From assembly GCA_942492995.1 (NCBI GenBank), contig OW818653.1, positions 1,050,001 to 1,082,000 on the forward strand: a DNA stretch of 32,000 nucleotides, written 5' to 3'. This DNA comes from an uncultured Erysipelotrichaceae bacterium (GTDB lineage Bacteria; Bacillota_I; Bacilli_A; Erysipelotrichales; Erysipelotrichaceae). Under the pieces are notes generated by a model. It made no database searches. It saw only the letters and a program-made list of their open reading frames with translations, and was not told the origin of the DNA. The position numbers and the translations under genes were made by a program. How positions within the stretch are numbered: position 1 is the first letter of the stretch; every line of letters begins with the position of its first letter. Positions 8,776 through 17,119 of this stretch are shown here, in pieces.

Positions 8776-8809
8776 TAGGAAATCAAGTGTTTAATCACTT
8801 GATTTCCTA
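8776..8809 (-). promoter_or_regulatory. Intercistronic 14-bp stem-loop between mglB and mglA, no T-run
   Basis: TAGGAAATCAAGTG-N6-CACTTGATTTCCTA, located 22 nt after the mglB stop. It is a likely mRNA-stabilising or partial decoupling element. Confidence 0.6.
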
Positions 8810-8830
8810 AAACGATCTTTTTGTTAAATA

Positions 8831-9823
8831 TTATTGGAAGTCTTTATAGTTTTCAGGAGTAACTTTTACGTAAGGAACCCAGTATTCTTTTTCAAGCATT
8901 TCACCAGCTAATAAAGCAAGAGCTTTGTCAACTGAAGTGTGAGCTTGTCCTACGGAATCATTTAATACTGTACCAGCTAAATCACCAGCAGCAAGAGCAT
9001 CTAATGCAGGAGCTGTAGCATCAACACCGATTACAGGAACAACCATGTTAGCAGCTTTTAGAGCTTCGATAGCACCTAAAGCCATGTCATCGTTATTACC
9101 GAATACAACTTCAATTTTGTCGCCGAATTGTGCAATAGCAGCAGCAGTTTTTTCTTGGCCTAATACACGGTCCCAGTTTCCGCGTTCTTCAAATAGTTTT
9201 TCAACTTTGATTCCGGATTCTGTAACTTTTTTGATTGAATATTCTGTACGTAATGCAGCATCTTGGTGGATTTCTTGTCCCATCAACATAACGTATTGCA
9301 TAACGCCGTCGCCATTTTTGTCTAGAGCTGCATTAGCAGTCCATAGATCAACAGCGATTTCACCTTGGTAGGTTCCTGAATCTTCAGCTTTAGCACCAAC
9401 GTAAGTGATCTTATCCCATAATGCCATATCATCAACGGAAGGTTGACGGTTGATAAATACTGTAGGAATATCAGCAGCTTTAACTTTGTCGATAATTGTA
9501 CTTGCAGCAGTTAAGTCTACTAAGTTAATAACTAATACATCATAAGCTTGAGCGATAAAACTGTCGATTTGTTCAGTTTGAGTCGCTTGGTCGTTCTTAC
9601 CATCAGTAATTGTAACTTCGTAAGTAACTTCATCGGAATTCATGCCAGTTAGGTATGCTTCCATTTCAGTACGATAGTTAGTCATGAAAGTATCATCAAA
9701 TTTGTAAATTGCGATACCGACTTTGACAGTTTTTGGTCCAGTTTCTTCAGGTTCTGCAGCACAGCCCGTGAAGCTTCCAAGGACCAACGCGATAAGAGCA
9801 AACAATACTAATAATTTCTTCAT
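8831..9823 (-). CDS. mglB: Galactose/glucose ABC transporter substrate-binding lipoprotein
   Basis: ORF 8831-9850. The likely start is the ATG at 9821-9823, preceded by GGAGG. It has lipobox FTGC. It is collinear with E. coli MglB (IYKFDDTFM, DKNGDGVMQYVMLMGQEIHQDAALRT, NNDDMALGAIEALKA, GTVLNDS). Confidence 0.9.
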   Translation of the reverse strand: MKKLLVLFALIALVLGSFTGCAAEPEETGPKTVKVGIAIYKFDDTFMTNYRTEMEAYLTGMNSDEVTYEVTITDGKNDQATQTEQIDSFIAQAYDVLVINLVDLTAASTIIDKVKAADIPTVFINRQPSVDDMALWDKITYVGAKAEDSGTYQGEIAVDLWTANAALDKNGDGVMQYVMLMGQEIHQDAALRTEYSIKKVTESGIKVEKLFEERGNWDRVLGQEKTAAAIAQFGDKIEVVFGNNDDMALGAIEALKAANMVVPVIGVDATAPALDALAAGDLAGTVLNDSVGQAHTSVDKALALLAGEMLEKEYWVPYVKVTPENYKDFQ

Positions 9824-9855
9824 TATATGCCTCCTATGTGTTTTCCACAATTCAC

Positions 9856-9884
9856 ATTATAGGCATGTAAGCTCTTACAATACA
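9856..9884 (-). promoter_or_regulatory. Putative activator-dependent promoter of mglBAC (perfect TATAAT, poor -35 TGTATT)
   Basis: The -10 is at 9856-9861 (plus coordinates, minus strand), about 33 nt upstream of the mglB ATG. The hexamer at the 17-bp spacing matches TTGACA at only 2 of 6 positions. Confidence 0.4.
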
Positions 9885-9934
9885 TTGAATAATCGGTAAG
9901 TTTTTTATGAATTTTTACACTATGGGAATGATTA

Positions 9935-10948
9935 TCATTCCTCCAATGTTAATTTTTGGTAATTTATCCACAGATATTTTCCGTTTGTAATCTTATATGG
10001 AAAGTCAATCAGTGGTTTTTCTTTTAATAACCACTCAGTTAATTGGACTAAACAATCTGCCATACTTTCAGAATCATTTTTAATGGTCCCATAGAGATAA
10101 CCCTGTTTAATACTATCGATTGATACTTCTAATCCATCAATCCCAACAACGGGTAACCAAGGTTCTAAGGTACGATCAATTACACCATCTTGATTTAAAT
10201 CATCAAAGTATTTATAGGTTTTTAAGGTTTCAATTGCGCCAAGTGCCATCGCATCATTATTTGATATTAGTATTTCGATACTATCACCATATAATGTGAT
10301 TATTTCTTCCATTTCAGTTTGTGCAATCTCTTTATCCCAATTCGCATTGAATACATCAAGGACTTCAACTTGGTACTTTTCATCGACTAAACTCTCGATT
10401 ACATGTTTTGTCCGTGCTTCCGCATCTTGGTGGCCTTGTTCACCTTTTAAGATTACGGTTTGAATAATCCCATCCTTATTCTTATCGTATTGGTTTAAGT
10501 TTTTTGGATCATTGCCAAATAAATCCATAATTAGTGAAGCTTGTAATTGTGCAGATTGAACCGCATCTGCCCCAACATAATAGACTTTGTCATACAAAGC
10601 AATATCTTCTGGTAATGGTTCACGATTAAAGAAGATTATCGTAGAATCGTTTTGTTTAGCCTTTTCGATGATTGCGTAAACACTTAAACGATCAACTGGA
10701 TTGATCATGAGTAATGGATAATCCTCACTCATATATTGTTCAATCTGATCATTTTGAATAATTTGTGAATTCTGTGAATTAAATGAACGAATAAGGTAAT
10801 CTTTTGTTAGTGCAGCTTGACGAATATTCGTTTCGAATTCTGCCATGTACGCATCACTATTGTCATAGATAAAAACTGGCACAGTCACAATTTGTGCTTC
10901 ACATGCACTGAGTAAGAGAACAATTAATATTACACATAGACGTTTCAT
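9935..10948 (-). CDS. MglB-like periplasmic-binding-fold lipoprotein, predicted sugar sensor partner of the adjacent histidine kinase
   Basis: 337 aa with lipobox LSAC. It is a paralog of mglB (NKDGIIQTVILKGEQGHQDAEARTK, SNNDAMALGAIETLK, GTIKNDS). Its ATG overlaps the kinase stop (ATGA at 10945-10948). Confidence 0.8.
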   Translation of the reverse strand: MKRLCVILIVLLLSACEAQIVTVPVFIYDNSDAYMAEFETNIRQAALTKDYLIRSFNSQNSQIIQNDQIEQYMSEDYPLLMINPVDRLSVYAIIEKAKQNDSTIIFFNREPLPEDIALYDKVYYVGADAVQSAQLQASLIMDLFGNDPKNLNQYDKNKDGIIQTVILKGEQGHQDAEARTKHVIESLVDEKYQVEVLDVFNANWDKEIAQTEMEEIITLYGDSIEILISNNDAMALGAIETLKTYKYFDDLNQDGVIDRTLEPWLPVVGIDGLEVSIDSIKQGYLYGTIKNDSESMADCLVQLTEWLLKEKPLIDFPYKITNGKYLWINYQKLTLEE

Positions 10949-12675
10949 AGTTCACCCTCCGTACTTAATGGCATTTTCATAATGACTTTTGTATACTCAT
11001 CCAATTCACTTTCAATACGTAAATCTGCTTCATCTCCATAGTATAGTTTTAAACGTTGATATACGTTCTTTAAACCTAGACTGGATGATTGTTTATCACT
11101 TTGCATCATCGCATGTATTTCGTTTATACGTTCCTGACTTATTCCATATCCTTCATTGAATACTTCGATGTATGTAAATCCATCTTTGAAGTACGCTTTT
11201 ATTAAGATTGTCGTAAATGACTCATCGGGTTGAATACCATGTAATATCGCGTTTTCAACCAATGGTTGAAGCGATAGCTTAATCACTTTATGATGGAGTA
11301 TTTCTTCATCAATATCAAAATCGAACTTAAACGCATTACGATAACGAATTTGTTGGATAACTAAGTAGTTACGTATGTGTTCTATTTCATCTTTTAATTC
11401 AACTAAATTCATTTCACTAGAGATACTCATTCTAAAGAATTTTGATAACGCAATAATCGCTAATTCAACATCCTTGTTTCGATTGTTCTCACTTAGCGCA
11501 ACGATTGAATCCAATGTGTTGTATAGAAAATGGGGATTAATTTGGTTCTGTAGGGCAATGAAATGTGTTTTACGTTTCTCGTTTTGTTCATTTAGAACTT
11601 TTTCCATTAAATCTTTTACTTTATCACTCATATTATTAAACGCATCCGCTAAAAGTATGACTTCTTTCTGCCCTTCCACAAATACGCGTGTATCAAAGTC
11701 ACCTTTTTCAATTAAGGTTATATGTTTTTTAAGTTTATTCATTGGATTCGTGATACGTCGTGAGAAGATATATGACGTAATCGCCACCGCAATAAGTGTA
11801 CCTAAGAAGATAAAGATCATTTGGATTAAGATTTCTGTCTTCATTGTGACAATATCATCAACGTTAATAAATGTCGCAATCTTCCATCGTGTATCTTTAA
11901 TTGTATTAACATTCACATACATGTTTAAATCATTTAGATTAACAAGTTTTCCACCTAATACAATATCTTGGGCTATTATTGCACTATCACAGATACGACT
12001 TGTACATTCATTATCGGATGAATAGATTAATCCATTGTTTTGATCGGTAATGATAATATGTCCAGCATCCCCAAGATTGGTTTGTGCAGCTAATGTTTTA
12101 AAGTTACTAGTATTAATATCAATCATCAATACACCATTCATGGTTTGATTGTTCTTTATGTATTGAACGTATTTTGAGATAGTCACAACTTCATCTGTAC
12201 CATTTAACACAATATTCTCAGTATGTAGTCCACTAAAGTGATGGATATCTACCATTTCGATGGCTTGTCTAAACCAATCAATATCCGCTATACGTGGATT
12301 GATTGGATCATTTATACTACTAGCCACAACATTCCCATCTTGGCTTAATAAGGCAACACTTCGAATATTTTTTTCGATGTTTGTGGTCGCATTGAATAAG
12401 CTATTTAAATCATCAACTTTATTATCTTTTGTATAGTCGACAATGTACCCTTGTAAAGAGTTAGAAATATCGATGACATTACTAAGATAATTCTCATAAT
12501 TCATGATAACTTGTTTATTAATTTCTTTAGATGTCGTTTCAATCAATTTGTCGGTACGTGTAAAGATTAATTGATTTGTTGTGACAGTTGCCAACATCAA
12601 AATAATCCCAACGATTGCGATTGAGATAACGAAAATTATTTGTCCAATGGACAAATCATTCAGTCTTTTGATCAT
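10945..12675 (-). CDS. Sensor histidine kinase, YesM/LytS (COG2972) type
   Basis: ORF 10945-12750. The likely start is the ATG at 12673-12675 (MIKRLNDLSIGQ), preceded by AGGAG. It has two TM segments flanking an extracytoplasmic domain of about 250 aa, a HAMP region (RRITNPMNKLKKHITLIEKGDFD...NNMSDKVKDL), the His_kinase box QINPHFLYNTLDSI and a C-terminal HATPase. Confidence 0.85.
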   Translation of the reverse strand: MIKRLNDLSIGQIIFVISIAIVGIILMLATVTTNQLIFTRTDKLIETTSKEINKQVIMNYENYLSNVIDISNSLQGYIVDYTKDNKVDDLNSLFNATTNIEKNIRSVALLSQDGNVVASSINDPINPRIADIDWFRQAIEMVDIHHFSGLHTENIVLNGTDEVVTISKYVQYIKNNQTMNGVLMIDINTSNFKTLAAQTNLGDAGHIIITDQNNGLIYSSDNECTSRICDSAIIAQDIVLGGKLVNLNDLNMYVNVNTIKDTRWKIATFINVDDIVTMKTEILIQMIFIFLGTLIAVAITSYIFSRRITNPMNKLKKHITLIEKGDFDTRVFVEGQKEVILLADAFNNMSDKVKDLMEKVLNEQNEKRKTHFIALQNQINPHFLYNTLDSIVALSENNRNKDVELAIIALSKFFRMSISSEMNLVELKDEIEHIRNYLVIQQIRYRNAFKFDFDIDEEILHHKVIKLSLQPLVENAILHGIQPDESFTTILIKAYFKDGFTYIEVFNEGYGISQERINEIHAMMQSDKQSSSLGLKNVYQRLKLYYGDEADLRIESELDEYTKVIMKMPLSTEGEL

Positions 12676-14242
12676 TACGATACTCCTTCGGTGAGAATGT
12701 CGTGTATTTCTTAAAACTATAACTGAAATAGTACACATCGTTATATCCAACCAATGTAGCTATTTCATAGATTTTAGCTGTACTGAATTTTAGTAATTCT
12801 TTCGCCTTTTCCATACGTAGTTTAACCAAGTATTTATTAAAGCTAGTATCTAACATTTTTTTGAAGAGCGTACTTAAATAGGAAATACTAATTCCTAACT
12901 CTTCACACACAGAATCCATACTAATTAATGGATCCGCATAATTGTTTTGTAGGAATAGTACAGCTTCTTCTAGCACTTGATTCGCAGATGTTTGTGATTT
13001 ATGAATATTAAGTTCTCGGATATCAAATACGAGTTTCTTTAAGAATTCAAACATTGACGAGAGTTGTCTAAAGCTGGATAGTTTTTCAAATAAATCAGTT
13101 TCGATTAAATCACTTAACTCTACGTGTAAACTATTCGCAAACTCGATAAAGATATGCGCTAGATTTACTAAATAGTATTGTTTGTTTAAAAGATAATCTT
13201 CCGATATATCATTGTTTTTTATGAGATTCACAAACAAGGTATCAACTTCTTGTTTAGATCCAAACTTAATCGTGTAACTAATATCATCGATTTCTTCTTT
13301 AGAGAGTTTTAAATCCATACGTTTACGTGTTGCGATATCCTTATAATAGATAATTGTTCCGATATTTAGATAATTACTATACGATAATGCCTTTTTAGCT
13401 TGTAATACACTATTGGAGAATTGTTTGAAATCGTTAAATGTTTCTGATACTCCGATAAGTACACGTATATTTGAGAATTGTTTCTTGGTTAAAATTACAT
13501 CGTATAAACGATTTTCGATTGCCTTTACATCTTCGATACTTTGATGGATCACAAAGATTAATCCAAAACCACTATTAATATAGTAGATCTTGTATTCCGA
13601 GAATTTCTTTTTTAATAAATTGAGTAAGAAAATTCGTAAATATTCGATTTCTAAGAAATCTGAGTCCGCATCGATTTCGATTAATCCTACTGTAAAGAAT
13701 CCTTTCGTTAAATCAATATCAAAGATCTTGAATCGTTGTAAATCAGAATCATTGATATTCGAAAAGTGTAGTAATGTATTAAACTGATTCTCTATCAATG
13801 CAGGGAGATTTTCTTTGTAGATATCATCCAAACGTCCTTGATTAAATACGGCTTGGTATTCTTCATCCAATCTGTTCTTTAATTTGGATAAGAAATGGAT
13901 AATTTCTTCTTCCGCAATTGGTTTCGATAAATAACTTACGACATTTAATTCAATCGCTTCTTTCGCATACGCAAATTCATCGTATCCTGAGATAAACGCA
14001 ATCTTCGTTTTCGGATGTTCAGTACGGATGATATTCGCTAATTGAATTCCGTCTACGAATGGCATACGGATATCCGTTATTACAACATCGGGTTTTAATC
14101 GTTCAATCAAATCAATCGCATCATAACCATTGGAGGCTTGTCCAATAATCTCGAATCCCATATCACTAGGTATTTTAGATATAATACGTTTTCTGACTTC
14201 TTCTTCGTCATCAACGAGTACAATTGTATAATCTTTTTTCAT
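12656..14242 (-). CDS. Response regulator with CheY receiver and AraC-type HTH output (YesN-like)
   Basis: ORF 12656-14266. The start is ambiguous (14266, 14254 or 14242). I prefer MKKDYTIVLVDDEEE at 14242. It has a receiver domain (VVITDIRMPFVDG) and a C-terminal AraC HTH (ISYLSTLFKK...GYNDVYYFSYSFKKYTTFSPKEYR). It overlaps the kinase start by 20 nt. Confidence 0.85.
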   Translation of the reverse strand: MKKDYTIVLVDDEEEVRKRIISKIPSDMGFEIIGQASNGYDAIDLIERLKPDVVITDIRMPFVDGIQLANIIRTEHPKTKIAFISGYDEFAYAKEAIELNVVSYLSKPIAEEEIIHFLSKLKNRLDEEYQAVFNQGRLDDIYKENLPALIENQFNTLLHFSNINDSDLQRFKIFDIDLTKGFFTVGLIEIDADSDFLEIEYLRIFLLNLLKKKFSEYKIYYINSGFGLIFVIHQSIEDVKAIENRLYDVILTKKQFSNIRVLIGVSETFNDFKQFSNSVLQAKKALSYSNYLNIGTIIYYKDIATRKRMDLKLSKEEIDDISYTIKFGSKQEVDTLFVNLIKNNDISEDYLLNKQYYLVNLAHIFIEFANSLHVELSDLIETDLFEKLSSFRQLSSMFEFLKKLVFDIRELNIHKSQTSANQVLEEAVLFLQNNYADPLISMDSVCEELGISISYLSTLFKKMLDTSFNKYLVKLRMEKAKELLKFSTAKIYEIATLVGYNDVYYFSYSFKKYTTFSPKEYRNDQKTE

Positions 14243-14267
14243 TTTTTCTTCCATTTCATTCAACACT

Positions 14268-14281
14268 TCTAAGCGCTTACT
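14268..14281. promoter_or_regulatory. cre-like (CcpA-type) palindrome TCTAAGCGCTTACT
   Basis: It matches TGWAANCGNTNWCA at 12 of 14 positions. It lies between a minus-strand TATAAT (14287-14292) and the response-regulator start codon. Confidence 0.4.
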
Positions 14282-14410
14282 TTATTATTATAATCTATGT
14301 GAATTAAATAGAATAGAAAACAGTGGGTATTGTTAATAATTCTATCTTTTTTACGTTTTTTTACAAATTTTGTTTAAAAACTTAGTGATATACTTTAAGC
14401 GGAGAACACT

Positions 14411-15418
14411 ATGATAAGCACTTCTAATTATAATGATAATAATAATATTAGACTTTTTACCTTAGAAAACGATGAATTACGGGTAGTTATATCTGAATAT
14501 GGCGCAATGATTAAATCGATTGTTGTTAAATCACTTAATCGTGAAACAGTTTGCGGATTAAATTCATATGCGGATGATTCGTTTCAAACATTCTATCTAG
14601 GTTCGATTATTGGAAGAACAGGTAATCGAATTGCGTATGGTAAATTTACATTAAATGATACAGAGTATCACGTTCCAGTTAATAATGGAGAGAATCATCT
14701 CCATGGTGGACTTAAGGGATTTGATAAGCGATTATTTAAGTCAACGATTGATAACGATACATTAGTATTAAGCTATACGAGTGTTGATGGTGAAGAAGGT
14801 TATCCTGGGAATTGTACATTAATGCTTCACTATCATTTAGAGGAATCATCGCTCGTAATTGAAACATCTGGTACAAGCGATAAAGACACCTTGTTTGATC
14901 CAACTCAACATACATACTTCAATCTTAATGAAGATAAATCATCGGTTGGTAATCATACATTAAAATTAAATAGCCAAGAAATGTATTGTATAAATGAGAT
15001 TGGTGTTACTTATAATAAAGTATTAAACACATTAGATACACCATATGATTTCAATGAACCTAAACAGATTGCGAATTGTCTAAATCAATCGCATCTACAA
15101 TTAGAACGAAATCGCGGAATTGATAATTTCTTTATCAAACACGATAAATCAAATCCATTTATTGCGTCACTTAGTGTCTCTGATATAAGTGTTAATATTT
15201 ATACAACACATATCGGAGCTCATATCTATTCAGGGAATTACTTAGAACCTTTAAAAAATGGGTCTAACTACCCTTTCCTTAAAATGAATGGTGGAATCTG
15301 TTTTGAGACGCAACATGTACCGAATAGTATTAATTTTGATTTAAAGTATGCGCCGATCTTAATGGCCAATGAAACTGTTACGTCACGTACGGTTTATCAC
15401 TATAAAAAAGGAGAATAA
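14411..15418 (+). CDS. galM: Aldose 1-epimerase (galactose mutarotase)
   Basis: 335 aa. Mutarotase motifs are present: GRTGNRIAYGKF, NNGENHLHGG..GFDKRLF and FETQHVPNSIN. It has a GGAG Shine-Dalgarno. Confidence 0.85.
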   Translation: MISTSNYNDNNNIRLFTLENDELRVVISEYGAMIKSIVVKSLNRETVCGLNSYADDSFQTFYLGSIIGRTGNRIAYGKFTLNDTEYHVPVNNGENHLHGGLKGFDKRLFKSTIDNDTLVLSYTSVDGEEGYPGNCTLMLHYHLEESSLVIETSGTSDKDTLFDPTQHTYFNLNEDKSSVGNHTLKLNSQEMYCINEIGVTYNKVLNTLDTPYDFNEPKQIANCLNQSHLQLERNRGIDNFFIKHDKSNPFIASLSVSDISVNIYTTHIGAHIYSGNYLEPLKNGSNYPFLKMNGGICFETQHVPNSINFDLKYAPILMANETVTSRTVYHYKKGE

Positions 15419-15420
15419 AA

Positions 15421-16695
15421 ATGGATATTCAAACATTTAAAGATTTGGTATGGACTGAGACATTTGAAACGAAGTTGGAACATTTATATGGACTTGAACA
15501 ACTTGAAAAACAACGTATTCGTTATTTACACATCTTGAGTCGTTTTCAAGAAACGTTCCCTGAATCTCTTGAGTTTGATGTGTTTAGTGCATCTGGTCGT
15601 ATTGAAGTTGGTGGTAATCATACCGATCATCAATTAGGACGAGTATTAGCGATGGCAGTCGATTTGGATACAGTCGCATTTGTACGTAAGAATGATGATA
15701 ATGTAATTCGCTTAGTCTCAAAGGATTATGAAATTGCACCAATTGAACTATCAGACTTAACCATCCATGAAGATGAATACTACACGACGATGGGTATCAT
15801 TCGTGGTTTAGCGAATTACTTCTATGAAATACATGGAATGGTTGGTGGATTTGATGCGTATGTTGAGAGTAATGTTTTCTCAGGATCTGGTTTATCGTCT
15901 TCAGCATCTGTTGAGGTACTTATCGCTAAGATATTAGATTTCTATTATGGAACAAACAAAATGTCTGTCAGTGATTATGCGATTATCTCACAAAAAGCTG
16001 AGAATAATTACTTCAATAAACCATGTGGTTTAATGGATCAAATGGTTATTGCGCATGGTGGTTTCTGTGCGATTGATTTCTACGATAAAGATCATCCTGT
16101 TGTAAATAAAGTTAATGCTCAAGGCATGTTTGATGATATGGATATTTGTTTAGTTCAAAGTGGTGGGTCTCATGCGGATTTATCAGAAGATTACGCTGAA
16201 ATCTTTAGAGAATGTAAGGCATTATCGCAATACTTTAATGAAGCGTATTTATCACGTGTTAAGTTTGAAGATTTCTATGCATCACTTGATAAATTGAATG
16301 CACATTTTGATACACGTATTATCTTACGTGGGTATCATTTCTTTAAAGAGAATAATCGTGTTCTTAATTTGATGGAAGCGTTAGATAAAAAAGATCTAAA
16401 AGCATTCCTAAATCATATTCTCGCATCAGGTAATTCATCGTATCATTATCTTCAAAACGTTTTAAATCCGCATGATCATAAACAAGGTTTAGCCTTAGCA
16501 CTTATGATGGCAGAGAATCATTTAACCAATACTGGCGCATGGCGTGTACATGGTGGTGGATTTGCTGGTACTTCGTTGATGTTTGTGCCAAAGAGTCAAA
16601 CCGCAGAGTTAAAAGTTGCGTTTGAAAAAGTATTTGGGGAAGGTAACTTTATCCAAATTCGTTTAAGAGAAGATGGTGTAATTCACGTTATTTAA
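15421..16695 (+). CDS. GHMP-family sugar kinase, galactokinase-like (divergent N-terminal signature)
   Basis: 424 aa with the GHMP ATP motif SGSGLSSSASVE and the catalytic-region motif CGLMDQM. The N-terminal motif is GRIEVGGNHTDH rather than the canonical GRxNxIGEHTDY. It begins 2 nt after galM. Confidence 0.7.
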   Translation: MDIQTFKDLVWTETFETKLEHLYGLEQLEKQRIRYLHILSRFQETFPESLEFDVFSASGRIEVGGNHTDHQLGRVLAMAVDLDTVAFVRKNDDNVIRLVSKDYEIAPIELSDLTIHEDEYYTTMGIIRGLANYFYEIHGMVGGFDAYVESNVFSGSGLSSSASVEVLIAKILDFYYGTNKMSVSDYAIISQKAENNYFNKPCGLMDQMVIAHGGFCAIDFYDKDHPVVNKVNAQGMFDDMDICLVQSGGSHADLSEDYAEIFRECKALSQYFNEAYLSRVKFEDFYASLDKLNAHFDTRIILRGYHFFKENNRVLNLMEALDKKDLKAFLNHILASGNSSYHYLQNVLNPHDHKQGLALALMMAENHLTNTGAWRVHGGGFAGTSLMFVPKSQTAELKVAFEKVFGEGNFIQIRLREDGVIHVI

Positions 16696-16710
16696 TTAAT
16701 ATTGATGTTT

Positions 16711-16745
16711 AGGACTTAATTGTGTTTGAATTAGGTCCTTTTTTA
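16711..16745 (+). terminator. Intrinsic terminator after the galK-like gene
   Basis: AGGACTTAATT-gtgtttg-AATTAGGTCCT (11 bp with one G-U) followed by TTTTTT. Confidence 0.8.
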
Positions 16746-16836
16746 ATAGATGGTATTGGTTGAGGGTTAAACCGATATAATGTTAGAATTTATAAAATAG
16801 AATACACATTAAGAGTAACTCAAGGAGAATCATTAA

Positions 16837-17088
16837 ATGAAATTCAAAAATAATATTACACGAGATTCTAATAGTGATTGGAAGTGTGTTGTATGGGATG
16901 ATTCCGTTAAAGAATTAGGAACAGGTAAAGCGGTTAAAGTTAAAGCTATTATCGATCATCATGAATTTCTTGCGACATTCTTACCAGTTGGCGGAATGCA
17001 TATGTTACCACTAAGGGCATCGGTTCTTAAAGCTATTAAGAAAGATGTTGGGGAAACAATTTCTGTCGATATCGAAGTAATACAATAA
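16837..17088 (+). CDS. Small DUF1905-like protein
   Basis: 83 aa. The pattern ...FLPVGGMHMLPLRASVLKAIKKDVGETISVDIE resembles the DUF1905 beta-barrel family as I recall it. It has an AAGGAG Shine-Dalgarno. Confidence 0.55.
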   Translation: MKFKNNITRDSNSDWKCVVWDDSVKELGTGKAVKVKAIIDHHEFLATFLPVGGMHMLPLRASVLKAIKKDVGETISVDIEVIQ

Positions 17089-17119
17089 TCAATAAACGTA
17101 ATAGTGAAAGTGAGGCGTT

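Noticed and set aside
11375-12025. A 216-aa ORF on the plus strand inside the histidine kinase gene.
   Set aside because: It is antisense to a well-supported gene. Its composition is low-complexity Ser/Ile/Phe-rich, as expected from reading an AT-rich gene backwards. It has no Shine-Dalgarno and no recognisable motif.
14376-14384. The 9-mer AAAAACTTA is shared between the galM upstream region (14376-14384) and the mglB upstream region (reverse complement of 9897-9905). It could be a binding site for the AraC-type regulator.
   Set aside because: My rough estimate is that a shared 9-mer between two AT-rich regions of about 120 nt is expected by chance about one time in ten. The distances to the respective -10 elements also differ. 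It is not enough to call a site.
14267-14410. Complete strand switch: about 17 genes on the minus strand to the left and about 21 on the plus strand to the right, resembling the gene-orientation signature of a replication origin.
   Set aside because: There is no dnaA, dnaN or rpmH nearby. I found only one near-match to a DnaA box (TGTGAATTA). The gap is a 144-bp ordinary divergent promoter region. Two long divergent gene runs explain it more simply. A cumulative GC-skew plot on the full genome would settle it.
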